A stretch of 64,000 nt of DNA from Balamuthia mandrillaris (taxonomy: Eukaryota): contig JAVKOQ020000028.1 of assembly GCA_031835245.2 (NCBI GenBank), forward strand, positions 186,001-250,000. Direction: 5' to 3'. Shown one piece after another: positions 1 through 13,074 of this stretch. Position 1 is the stretch's first letter. Each line of letters starts with the position of its first letter. The notes under the pieces were generated by a model. It searched no databases and was not told where the DNA came from. It saw nothing but the letters and a program-made list of their open reading frames with translations. Both the position numbers and the translations under genes were made by a program.

Positions 1-60
1 CTTCCCTCTGACTCTTATGTGTGTTTTTTGTCCCTAAAGGGTTGCGTCAATGCATTCCAG

Positions 61-2012
61 ACATTAAACGGCTGGAAGAAAGAATGATGGGCGAAGTGCA
101 AAAGGCCACAAGCGAAATGCAAAAGGCCACAAGCGAAATGCAAAAGGCCACTCACAGGGACAGGACAGAACGTGCGTCCATACCCATTATTTCCTTTTCG
201 CTTTGAATTTTTACAAGCAACCACATGATGATAATAACCACAAAAACACCAGGGAGTACTCCGTCAACTTTTGCAGAGAGATACCAGCGATTACCAGTGA
301 AGAACAAAGTGGTTGAGCCATGGTTCCCTATCCGCCGCAACCAACGAAAAGCAAAGGGGGGTAAACCATTATTTCCTCCTCGTGGGTATCCTGACGCAGG
401 CGCGTCTGAAAGTAAGGTCGTTCAGCCCTACTGGTCAAGTCAACTGAAGCTCCTTGTGAAGCTCTTTCCGGATCTGCCTATCACCTTGGTGGATACTTAC
501 AACAAGGTGTCTTTCGGCAGGCGCAAGCCAGACGTTGTGGGCTACTTGAAGGGCAAACCAAAGAGCATATTTTACATCACATTGCTGGGCGATGTCAAAG
601 CAAGGCGTACAGCGACAAAGGAGGACTTTGACGATTCTGAGAAGGGTCATCTACACTCCTTCCTCGAAGAGCTCCTGCTTGAATACCAGCCCTACCGTAG
701 TGTGGTGAATGGGTTCCTTACGGATGGCTGTCTAATCCAGTTCTTCCGTCTACAGAAGCTCCCAACCGCAGATAAGTGGACCGAGAGCCCCATCCTTCAT
801 CTACACAGCGATGGTGGCAAGTGGCTACTAGGACTGCTTCAGAGCAACAAAGCTGCACACGGTTTACCAGAAGACATCGTCATCGATGAAGAGCCAGTCA
901 TCATGAATGAGCTTCTTGGCATCGGCGGGTCTGCTGTCGTGTACAGCGGCCAGTACAAAGGTATTTCCCCGAGTTTTACAACAACAAACAACAATAGATG
1001 AGTTCATGATTACTAATGATGATCATGATGGTAATAGGTGATACAGTGGTCGTTAAAAGGTTCAACTCGGCGGACAATATATATCACTTGCAGAATGAAA
1101 AACGCTGCCTGGAGGAGGTCCAAGACTTGGTGCCTTCGGTCCCAAAACTCGTTGCTGATGATGAGGAGCAGCTTGTGCTGTTACTTAGTCCTGTCGGAGG
1201 ACACTTTGCTTCTCGGCTTTCCCACTGTACCAACCGCAATACTGTATGTCCATTATCATTATCATCATTATCATTATCAGTTCTTATTATTTTCAAACTG
1301 ACAGAGCCACGACCGCCAGACAATGCTTGCCATGGCAGATGATTTCTGTCAACTGGTGAATATTCTTGAGCAGGTCCACCACAACTATGGATTGGTCCAT
1401 CGGGACGTGCGTCTATCCAACTGCTTTCGACATCTAGACACTGGAACGGTAATGTTGTCCTCATTCTCTCTTCTTCTGTTCTCTTCCTTCTTGCCGTGTG
1501 ACTGGAACTAACATTAGCCGACTTGTTCAACTACACTACCCCTTGTGTTTGTGTCTCATCATCACCATTGAATTTATGACACCTCTCATCAGGTATTTCT
1601 TAATGACTGGGGCTGCGCAACTAAAGTGGGAAAAAAGGTGAAGTTCTCTGGTGCCTTGCAATATGCCCCAGAGCATGTTATTCAGTGCTGGCACTTGAAT
1701 AAGACCTATGAACCTACCTTTGCTCATGACCTAGAGATGGTAGTGAAGAGTGTCTTCCAGACTCTATTCTTCACCACCTTTGAGGAAATACGTGTAGAAG
1801 AGAAGGCAGAAAAGATCATCAAGTTTTGGCGTTACCATTTGGCACCAACAATTTGGTCCTCCATGCTGACTACTGCCCAAAAGGGAGATTATGAATCACT
1901 CAGGAAACAAATTCGAGACCTCCTGCCTGGTACTTATCACTCACCACATATGTTTTATTTCCAATCAACTGACCAATTGCTTTCCTTCCTCAAGGAAGTA
2001 CAAATGCTGGTT
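61..2012 (+). CDS. Crinkler (CRN)-like protein: coiled-coil, PD-(D/E)xK restriction-endonuclease-like domain and protein kinase domain; spliced, 5' end probably upstream of the window
   Basis: Exons ~61-171, 253-960, 1038-1243, 1305-1448, 1593-1929 and ~1995-2012; the central GT-AG junctions keep frame. Nuclease-like motif RKPDVVG...LGDVK...GFLTDG. Kinase motifs LGIGGSAVVY, VVVK, HRDVRLSN, LNDWG, GALQYAPE, HDLEMVV. Confidence 0.75.
98..151 (+). repeat. 21-bp coding tandem repeat (GCAAAAGGCCACAAGCGAAAT, about 2.5 copies) encoding heptad QKATSEM
   Basis: Seen directly. The 7-aa period fits a coiled coil. Confidence 0.85.
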
Positions 2013-2429
2013 GAACCAATAGTTGTGCAAGAATAACTCTTTGTATACCTCCTTAGCCATGCATGGATTTTGACAGCTGGTGTTCTCATGCTCATATTGT
2101 TGTTGTTCTTTATTTTGCTGAGAAAAAGATCTTGATACTTCAATAAAACACTACCAAAAATGTTCACAGTAAATAAAGACTTTCCTAACCTCTACTGGCG
2201 AAATATTTGGGCATATCTCCAACAGATGAATGTGGAATATCTAGCTGGATTTCCAGAGAATAGAGTTAAGGGAATAGAAAAAAGTAAAGTTAATTAAGGT
2301 TATTTTTTTTAAAGGAAAAAAAACAAAGGTCAAAGTTCCAAACACACATTAACTTAAAACAAGAAATATGGTCCTCTCTTTGGTGACGCCATGTAATCAC
2401 TAAGCAGTTGAAGTTTTTAAGTCGTCCTA

Positions 2430-3710
2430 TAGCATGTTCCACTTTAACTTGATGATTACCAATCTCTTAATTGTACTCGAGCAACAAAGGAGAAAGTTCA
2501 CCTTTGTAAGGAGTCACAAAGCAAGGCTCAAAAACACATGCTTTGTCACTTAGTAATTTGTGCTGCCTTCACAGGCCCATTTCTTGCAATGGTCGAGTCA
2601 TGAACACGACCAGGAAAGCGTCCATTCACCCAGGTAAAAAGCTCTGTTTTCAAGTCCAACACAAGTTCATACTTCAGTGTATGTCACTTTTTTTTCCCCT
2701 GGGTAGTAGATTCACTGTCGTTTTAAGCCAATAGGACATTCAGTTGAACCAACAATAGTTGTTGTACTGCTGAGATTAAAATGCTTTTTTATTTGTTTGA
2801 CTTGTTTTTTCTTATTTTATTTTTTTTTTTACAAACAAAAAACAAAAACAAAAAACCTGAAACATTTCAGCCAGTTTTGTTGATAAAGCTCTAATAAAAA
2901 TAAAAGGTCCAAAGTAAATACTTTTGTTGCAAAGGTCTTTCAAAAGTACATGTTTTCAACAGTGTCCATGCTAAAAGAGCCGTTTCAAAGGACACACCAA
3001 AGTGGGCACTGCAAGTTGTGACAGAATAAAAAAGTGTCTCAGTAGTTGTAATAAACACAAACAATTCTTATTCTTTCATCTTTTTCTCTCCTTTCTTCTT
3101 TCTTCTTTCTTTTCTCTTCCATTAAATGCAAATATAGAGAGTTTATCATATTTATCAAGATAGTAACAGCTCAAAGGAAATGTACTTATATACAGATCTG
3201 GCTAAATGAGATAATGTTCTTATTTATTTGAGTAACTATGAGAAGAATGAAGAGTGCTAGTACTACCATCAGTTTGTTAGCCATGGCACTGATAAATGCC
3301 TCTCTCTCTCATTTTCTTGTTCTTGCCACATTTTCTTCCACATTTCAAGCATTTACTATTACTACACTCTACTACAAGGAGCAAAAGCAAAAGCAGCAGC
3401 AGCAGCAGCAGCAAAAGCAAGAACAAGAGTAAAGCTAGCAGCAGCTCTGCTAATGCAAACATTCCAACAGACCAGTTATACAATGCAGCTGCTATTGTGC
3501 ATGTAAAGGACTTGCCTGAGCTGGATGCTATATCACCACTCGCGGCTGATTGGTAAGTTGTTTGTTTATTTGTTTGTTTGTTTGTTTGTTTGTTTGTTTC
3601 ATAGGAAAGGAACAACTCACCACTCACTACCAACCTCCTCCCACTTACTCTCTTTTTAACATTTTCTCTTTCTTTCTCTCTCTTTTTCTCTTTCTTTGTT
3701 TCTCTTTATT

Positions 3711-3745
<35 letters not shown>

Positions 3746-4849
3746 TTCTCTCTCTGTCATTCTCCAGGGATTTACAATATGTGGATCAATTGGATAACAA
3801 AACATGGCAGCCTATCCATACCACCTCTACCCAAGTCAGCAATATAGAAATGAAGAAGGAGAAGCATCGTGCCAAACGCCATTCTGTTAGGCACCAAAAA
3901 GCCATGGACAAGCTGGCTCAGAAGAGCAGTGAGCTGCAGCAAGATATCTCTGTTGATGCCAGCCCCTGTATTGACTTGACAGAGTTTTTTGGGCCTGACC
4001 TTCACTCTTTTGCTGCTGTAGACCAGAGTAGTTTGGATGATGCGGAGTTTAGTCTTGATGATGGCAGTATCCTGGGTGGTGGTGGCGTGTTGATGGGGAT
4101 AAACCCTGCGGATAAAGAAAGGGACGGCACGTAAGCGACTCTGGGTTTATTCACAAGAAAAGAGGTGTGGACCAAAGTGTGTGCTTTGAGTGTGTCGCGA
4201 GGAAAAAGGGAAAATAAAGAGGGGTGAGAGAATTCGGGGTATCCAGGGAAAGTGTCGACAGGAAGTCATAATGACGCGAATTGTTGGTTTTCCAACAGGT
4301 GGTGGTGGTGGTGGTGATAGTGGCAGTGGAAATGCTACCTCAGCTGGTGTGTTCACAGACACAATGGACCTAGCAGCAACAGCAGAAACAGCGCAGCAAA
4401 AACCAAGCTCAACAAAGCTCCCAAGAGCTATGTCTTCCTCTGCCTCTTCCTCTCCTGTGACGAGCAAGAAGCCACGGAAAGCAGATGATGATCAACTGTT
4501 GTTGGAAAAAAAGAAAAAAAAGCAGCAGCAGAAGCAGAAACAGAAGGACAAGGAGAAGCAGAAGCAAAAGCAACAGCAGCAGAAAAAGAAGAAGGAGAAG
4601 GAAAAGGAAAAGGAGAAGCAAAAGCAGAAGCAACAGCAGAAAAAGAAAGAGAAGGAAAAGGAACAGGAGAAGGAGAAGCAGAAACAACAGCAGAAAAAGA
4701 AACAAAAGAAGACTATGGCCACCGAGTTAGAGGAGTCCGAGGCCTCATCCGCATCAGAGGCATCAGATAAGTCGAAGGAGTTAGAGACCTCATCTGAGTC
4801 AGAGGCATCAGATAAGTCACGCTTTGGTGGCAAAATAGCACAAAAATAA
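2430..4849 (+). pseudogene. Decayed multi-exon gene of unknown family: stop-interrupted 5' exons, open 3' exons with a K/Q/E low-complexity tail
   Basis: Splice-like boundaries (donor ~3553, acceptor ~3767, donor 4131, acceptor ~4298). Upstream exon-like blocks such as 2871-3048 (PVLLIKL**K*KVQSKYFCCKGLSKVHVFNSVHAKRAVSKDTPKWALQVV) carry several stops. CpG is strongly depleted. Confidence 0.4.
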
Positions 4850-4871
4850 TAGGTTGTTATAAATACATATT

Positions 4872-4953
4872 AGGGTGGGTAAATTACCTGAGGGGTGGGA
4901 CGTTTACCGAAGGGGTGGGACTTTTAGCGTTGTGGGGTGGGACGTTTACCCGA
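4872..4953. repeat. Four ~20-bp G-rich direct repeats, consensus GGGGTGGGACGTTTACC; possible transposon subterminal repeats or G-quadruplex
   Basis: Copies start at ~4872, 4891, 4911 and 4933. Confidence 0.75.
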
Positions 4954-5308
4954 TTCGCGTAGTCCCTATACCACCACCACTCCCGCTCCCTCCGTAGAAC
5001 CCAGCGGACTCTCCTCCTCCTTCGCCATTACCGCGATACATTGTTGGGAGGCAATGTGGAGCCTTTTTTATGCCACACAACTTGAGCTCCTTTTGTCCTT
5101 GGCTGGCTGCTCATAAAAATAATATTTTGTCGACAAATGACACGTCATTTTCACCATAAAGAGCAATATATGAGGTAATTCTTACTATAAAAAGAAATAG
5201 TGACATCATAATTTCCATAAAAAGTCCAACGAGAGTCACATTCTTACTATAAAAAGAAATATTTCTATTACAAACCAAAAGAAAAAGAAAAAGAAAAAGA
5301 AAAAAGAA

Positions 5309-7576
<2,268 letters not shown>

Positions 7577-7837
7577 ACAACATTTTCGCAAAAGGAAAAA
7601 AAAAAAATACCGTGTCGACAACAATATATGGCGATGATCTCAAATGTGACGTCACAGATCTATTCACACTGACGTCATCATGAAGTCCTGCACAACTGCT
7701 TGAGTGATTGTGCACTGCTTTCTTCGTCGGAATTAGAGCTCAAGCAAACCGACAATATTAGGAGTCGAACTGGCGGCAGCGGTGAGACATGCCAGGACGA
7801 CATGAAAATAACGCACACAAAAAAAACTGCAATAAAA

Positions 7838-8207
7838 ATGAACGACAGCGAGACACGGCGATGTCTTCGGCTGCTGATGGACCACAACCAAAGCGGGTCC
7901 TCCCCCTCCACGGGCGGAGATCTTGCCGCGCCTCTCTCCGCCGAGCAGCTGGCCACCTGCCTGCGTGAAATCATCTCAGGGCAGGTGCCTCCCTCTTTGA
8001 TCGGCTCCTTTCTCGTGGCGCTGCAGTGCTCCCGCGTGATAGAGTCCTCCCCGCGGTTGCTGCTCTCCTGCGCTGAGGCCATGGAGTCGTTTGCGGTCCC
8101 ATGTGAGGACCTGTCGGAGGGGGGCACGGTCAAAGTGTTGGACGTGGTTGGCACCGGCGGCGACGGCTATGACACGTTTAACATTTCCACTGCTGCTGCT
8201 TTGTAAT

Positions 8208-8255
<48 letters not shown>

Positions 8256-8279
8256 GTCTTCTTTCTTTCTCTCTTCTCA

Positions 8280-8310
<31 letters not shown>

Positions 8311-9601
8311 AAAGCGTGGTGGCATCGAGTGGCAAATGCAGAGTGGCAAAACATGGCAACCGCTCTTCCTCCGGTCGCTGCGGCAGTGCTGACCTCATAG
8401 AGGCTCTTGGCGCTCCACTCCATCTTTCCAGCGAACAGCTTTGTCACGTTCTCTTTTGCTCTTCTTCTTCTTCTTGTTCTTCTTCTTGTTCTTCTTTTCT
8501 TCTCTTCTTCTTCTTCTTCTTCTTCTCCCCCCCCCCCCCCCCACCCCTTCTTGTTCTTGTTCTTGTTCTTGTTCTTGTTCTTCTTCTTCTTCTTCTTCTT
8601 CTTCTTCTTCTTCTTCTTCTTCTTCTTCTTCTTCTTCTTCTTCTTCTTCTTCTTCTTCTTCTTCTTCTTCTTCTTCTTCTTCTTCTTCTTTTCCTTTTGT
8701 GCTTACAAAACATACTTAACAGGCAGTGAAGAAATGTGGTTTTGGCTTCTTGTTCGCACAAAGCTTTCATCCAGCGATGAAGTCAGTGGGAATGGTTCGC
8801 AAAGAGATCGGTGTTCGGACAGTGTTCAACCTTTTGGGACCGCTGGTCAATCCCGCCCGGCCTACCCATATGTTGGTTGGCGTTGGTCATGCCTCTCTTG
8901 CTCCTCTTTACGCTGCTGCTCTTCAACAAAAGGTCACTCTTCCCTTCATTCTGTTTTTCTCGTTCTATCATTCTCTACCTATTCTCATTGCTCGTAACTG
9001 TTCTCTCTTTTTTGCTTGCTTCTCTTCTGCTTCACTCTTCTCACTTCGCGTGAAAGTCTATTCTCTCTCTCTCTCTCTCTCTCTCTCTGCTTCTTTGCTT
9101 CTCTGCTTAGTTGCTGCTCTTTTCTTCCGTTTAACGGTCGTTTTTTAGGAACACGTCAAACGAGCGATGGTGGTACATTCGTACGATGGCTTGGACGAGA
9201 TAACACCGTGTGGAGCCACCAAAGTTTGGATGATAGAAGAGGAAGAAGAAGAAGAGTATGAACGCGAAACTTCAAAACCGAGGAATAAGAGCATTCGTGA
9301 ATGGGAAATCCATCCAAAGGACTTTGGGTTGGAGGCCTGCTCTCCGGATGACATTGCGGGAGACACTCCATCAAAGAACGCAGAGATGTTCCTTCGGTTT
9401 CTTCGCAGCACATCTTCTCAAAGCGAAGAAGGAAATGGAATGAAAGGGCTGGAAACATTCTTTTTGTTGAACGTGGGAGCAGCTCTCTTTGTCCTCCAAC
9501 TTTGCGACAGCATGTCGGAAGGTGTGCGGATGGCAAGGGACCTTCTTCGCAGTGGAAGGACGTTGGATGTCGTTCGTTCCTACGTTAAGCTTTTTTCATA
9601 A
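7838..9601 (+). CDS. trpD: Anthranilate phosphoribosyltransferase, 4 exons
   Basis: [77 protein letters not shown]. Confidence 0.95.
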
Positions 9602-9622
9602 AGTTAAATATAGCTTTTTCTG

Positions 9623-11500
9623 CTAAACAACTTTGCTCTTCTTACGATAGCCGCTAAAGTAGCTATCGATACTTTGCATCTTCTGACGATAGTCGCTGAG
9701 TTTCGGCGGCTCGGCTTTCAACATTCTCTCTAACCGCGTCATTGCATGTTTGGCAATATGCTGCACCTGCACATCTGCCGGGTGTGTGGAAGACCTGTTT
9801 TGTTGGCTTTATGTTGCGTGTTTGTGGAGTAAGAAAATGGAGCAAGAAGAACTAGAATCACAAAGAAGAAGGAGCAATAAAGAAAGAGAAGAAAGCAGAA
9901 GAAAGAAAGAAGAAAGAAGAAAAAGAATAACGAGGAAGAATGAGAGAAAGCAACCAATGGGCAAGACAGGCGTCCAATACTTTCTCAAACAAAGAGCTAC
10001 GCTCCCACCTCTCTGCCAACTGCAAAGCCTCTTCCATCTCGTTGCGAGCCAGAAGGCTTTCCACGAATATCTCCTGGCAGCTTAGCGTCGATCGCACGTT
10101 CCACTCGCTCGACAGCGAGCCCAACAGGAGTAGGGCTTCCTTCTTGGCTGTCTCACTATTGCTCTTTGCATAGGTTTCCACGATAGGATGGAAGATGTAA
10201 TTGCTATCGGGAATAATGCCTATCGCACGCATTTCTTTACAAAAGCGTAAGGCCTCTCGAGCTGCCAAAACGTACACATCTTCACCATTGCCGTCTTGTT
10301 CTCTTATGTTGGTTGTTCGTTGATGGAAAAGACAAAGATGTCGCACTATAGCGGTCAACAGTTTGTCTTGTGTAAGTTGCGGGATGAAGGGGGAGGGACA
10401 ACTGGCCCATCTTTGCTTGGTCTTCTCCACTTCCGCCTTGCGATGTCTTTGCCTGGCGGACTGCAAACATAGTTCAAAGATAGCAAGAGCTTCTTCCTCT
10501 GCTTCACCACTTCCTCCTTCTGCACAAGTGTCGTACATTCGTAGAAGATCGCCATAGAACGTAGGATATTGCCAAGGATCCACATTGCTTTTGTCATTCT
10601 CTTTAAAGATGGTCTTGTCGTTCCTCATTATTTGTGATGGGAGGGAACCCGAGGAGCAAATTTGTGACGAGAGAGAGGCAGAGGAAGAAACAGAAGCAGC
10701 AGCCAAGCAAGGAAGAATGTTGCGATGAACCTCTCTTCCAATGTCAAGGTTGTGACTCATCTCGCATGCAGCTAGGATCTCTCTCGCAAGCGACAGACAG
10801 TCGATCAACGGGAGTCGAGGAAGAATAAAATCGGGCTGCGTGGCATCCGTTTCTGTTGGTGCACTCACATTCAACGCCCAAAAAAGAAGGTCAAGGGCAT
10901 CTTTCAGCAAGGTAGAAGAAGGAGGCGAAGAGCGACATAACGCTTTTGTGAGGTTGTAGAGCTCGTTACTGTATGGCATGAAGGGAAGTTGTTGTTGAAC
11001 GATTTTTCTGGCCAACTTCTGAGCGTACGATGAAATGTCGTGGTCGTCATTCTCGTTCTTGTCTTTGCTCTTTTCAGAGGAAGAGAGGTGGGTGTTGTTT
11101 GCCAAAAATTTGGTGAGATGAAGCAAAGAGTTGCTGTTTGGGGAGACGTGATACCGCGCCTCCATTTCTCCATCAAACAAAGCGAAAGCTTCCTCGAATC
11201 GACCACAAGAGCACATCACCCTAATCACTTTCTCCAGAACAAGCTGTTTTTTAGCCACCTCTTCCTTTTGCTGTTGATGTTGTCGTTGTTGAAGGATGCT
11301 GAGAACGAGAGAGATGACCCTGTCTTTGTTCCTTTGTGTTGAGGGGAAGTCGTAACATCCGTCCAAAAGAGCGGCCAACAGGTTCATTTCCGTTCCTGCT
11401 TCATATGTTCCTTCTTCACTCTCCTTTCTTCTTCGATGACTGTCGTAGAAATAGTATTCCACCAACTTCAAAGCGGCTTCCGTTCTTTTAGCAGCATCAT

Positions 11501-11538
<38 letters not shown>

Positions 11539-12827
11539 CAAGAAGAAGCATAAGCAGAAGCAGAAAGAGGAGGAGGAGGAGGGAGTAACGTGGAGATAAG
11601 ATGAGTCGCATCGTCCGCAGTTAACAGCTGTCTCAACATTTCTCTTCTTCTCGCTTGTCTCTTTTTGTCTGTTGCCGTCTGCTCCAACAAAACAGCAGAA
11701 GGAGAAGCAAACGGGGAGAGCAGCAAAGTTAAAGCCAACTCCATAGCGAGGGACGTGTCATTAGCTCTCACCAACACCCCTAAACATCTTCCCAACACTT
11801 CTTCTCTCTCCTCTCTGCCGTTCGTTTCTGCTCCTTCGAAGCTTTCTTCCCTGTCATTCGTTTCCTCATCCAAAAGCGCCCAAAACATGGAGAGCGCCTC
11901 TCCTTCGGCGCCACACGAGCAATACACTTGGAGGAGAGCCGCCGTGACGGCTGCCGTGAGCCTGGTGGGTCTCCGCTCGCCTGCTCCTCTCTCGTGGCTC
12001 CCTGCTCCTCCTCTCCCTTCGTCTTTCTTGCAGTGCTGTTGCTGTTGGCTCAACGCGTGGTCCACTATGAGCTTTGCCGTTCGCATCGTCTCCGCTGAGA
12101 GCGTGGAAGGGAGAGAGGAAGAAGCAGAAGGCGAGGCCCGTTGTCGCTTCCTCTCCTTTCTCTTTTGTTGAGCGGCCGAGCGAGAGAGCGCCTCCAACAG
12201 GGAGACCGCCGCAGAGGAGCAGAACGAGGCCGAGGAGGCGTGCGAGAGGGAGGCGGAGGGAGAGGCCCGAAGGAAGAGCTGCACGGCCTGGTCCAGCTTG
12301 TCGTGGCGGCAGAGGAGCTGGATGGTGGAGAGGGCGGAGGCGGCGGAGAGCTCCGCCGCGGCGGAGGGCGAGCGCGAGCGGCGCATGAACTCCAGCTTCT
12401 CCTCCTCCCTCTGCCACCAGGACTTGCCCTCTCGCTTTCGTTGGCCGCCGCCGCTGCCGCCGATGGCTGCCTCCTCCTCCGCCGCCTCTTGCGCTTTCTT
12501 CTGCCGGTAGGAGAACAGGAAGGAGAAGAGGCCCTTGCGGAGAGGAGGGAGCAGGAGGTCCTCGTGGTGGAAACGGGTCGGCTCCAGCGCAGCCTGGTGG
12601 TGGCGGTCGTCCTCATCGTCGTCGTCGTCGTCGTCGATGCGGATGTTTCGAGTGTTGGTTGGAGCGTGGTTGTTGCAGTACCCGGCTGTTTGGTGGGGGA
12701 GGAGAGGAGGAGAAGGGGTGAAGGAGGAGAGACGAGGAGGGGGAGGAGGAAGGAGAAGCGGATGGCGAGGAGGAGAGGAGAGGCGAGGCGTGAAGGCGAA
12801 GGCGCGTCGTTTGCTCAGATGCGACAT
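9623..12827 (-). CDS. Pentatricopeptide repeat (PPR)-like protein with probable mitochondrial targeting sequence, 2 exons
   Basis: Long exon from ATG 12827 (MSHLSKRRAFAF) with degenerate PPR units: AALLQVYCSCGAEGEALSMF, VIRVMCSCGRFEEAFALFDGEM...VSPN, EALRFCKEMRAIGIIPD, SLLARNEMEEALQL. A short last exon at ~9794-9623 is inferred. Confidence 0.75.
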
Positions 12828-13074
12828 CTCTTTTCTTTCTTTTATTTTTTTACAGATATTCCCGAAAAAAATATCCTTTTCGAAAACCAATGGCCCCAAT
12901 GACGTCAGCAATATCAGTTTGAAGAAGGTGATGTTGCTGACGTAATATAATTGTTGGGGAAAAGGTATGGGACAGATGATGTCCACGGTATAGGAGAGAG
13001 GACAGGAGAGAGCAATAATTCATTTCTTTTAATATAAAAATTATATAAACGAAAAAGAAAGAAAAGAAAGAAGG

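Noticed and set aside
5179..5261. 21-bp direct duplication TTCTTACTATAAAAAGAAATA upstream of BCAT
   Set aside because: Real but AT-rich and present only twice. It is at most a duplicated TATA-like element, with no further support.
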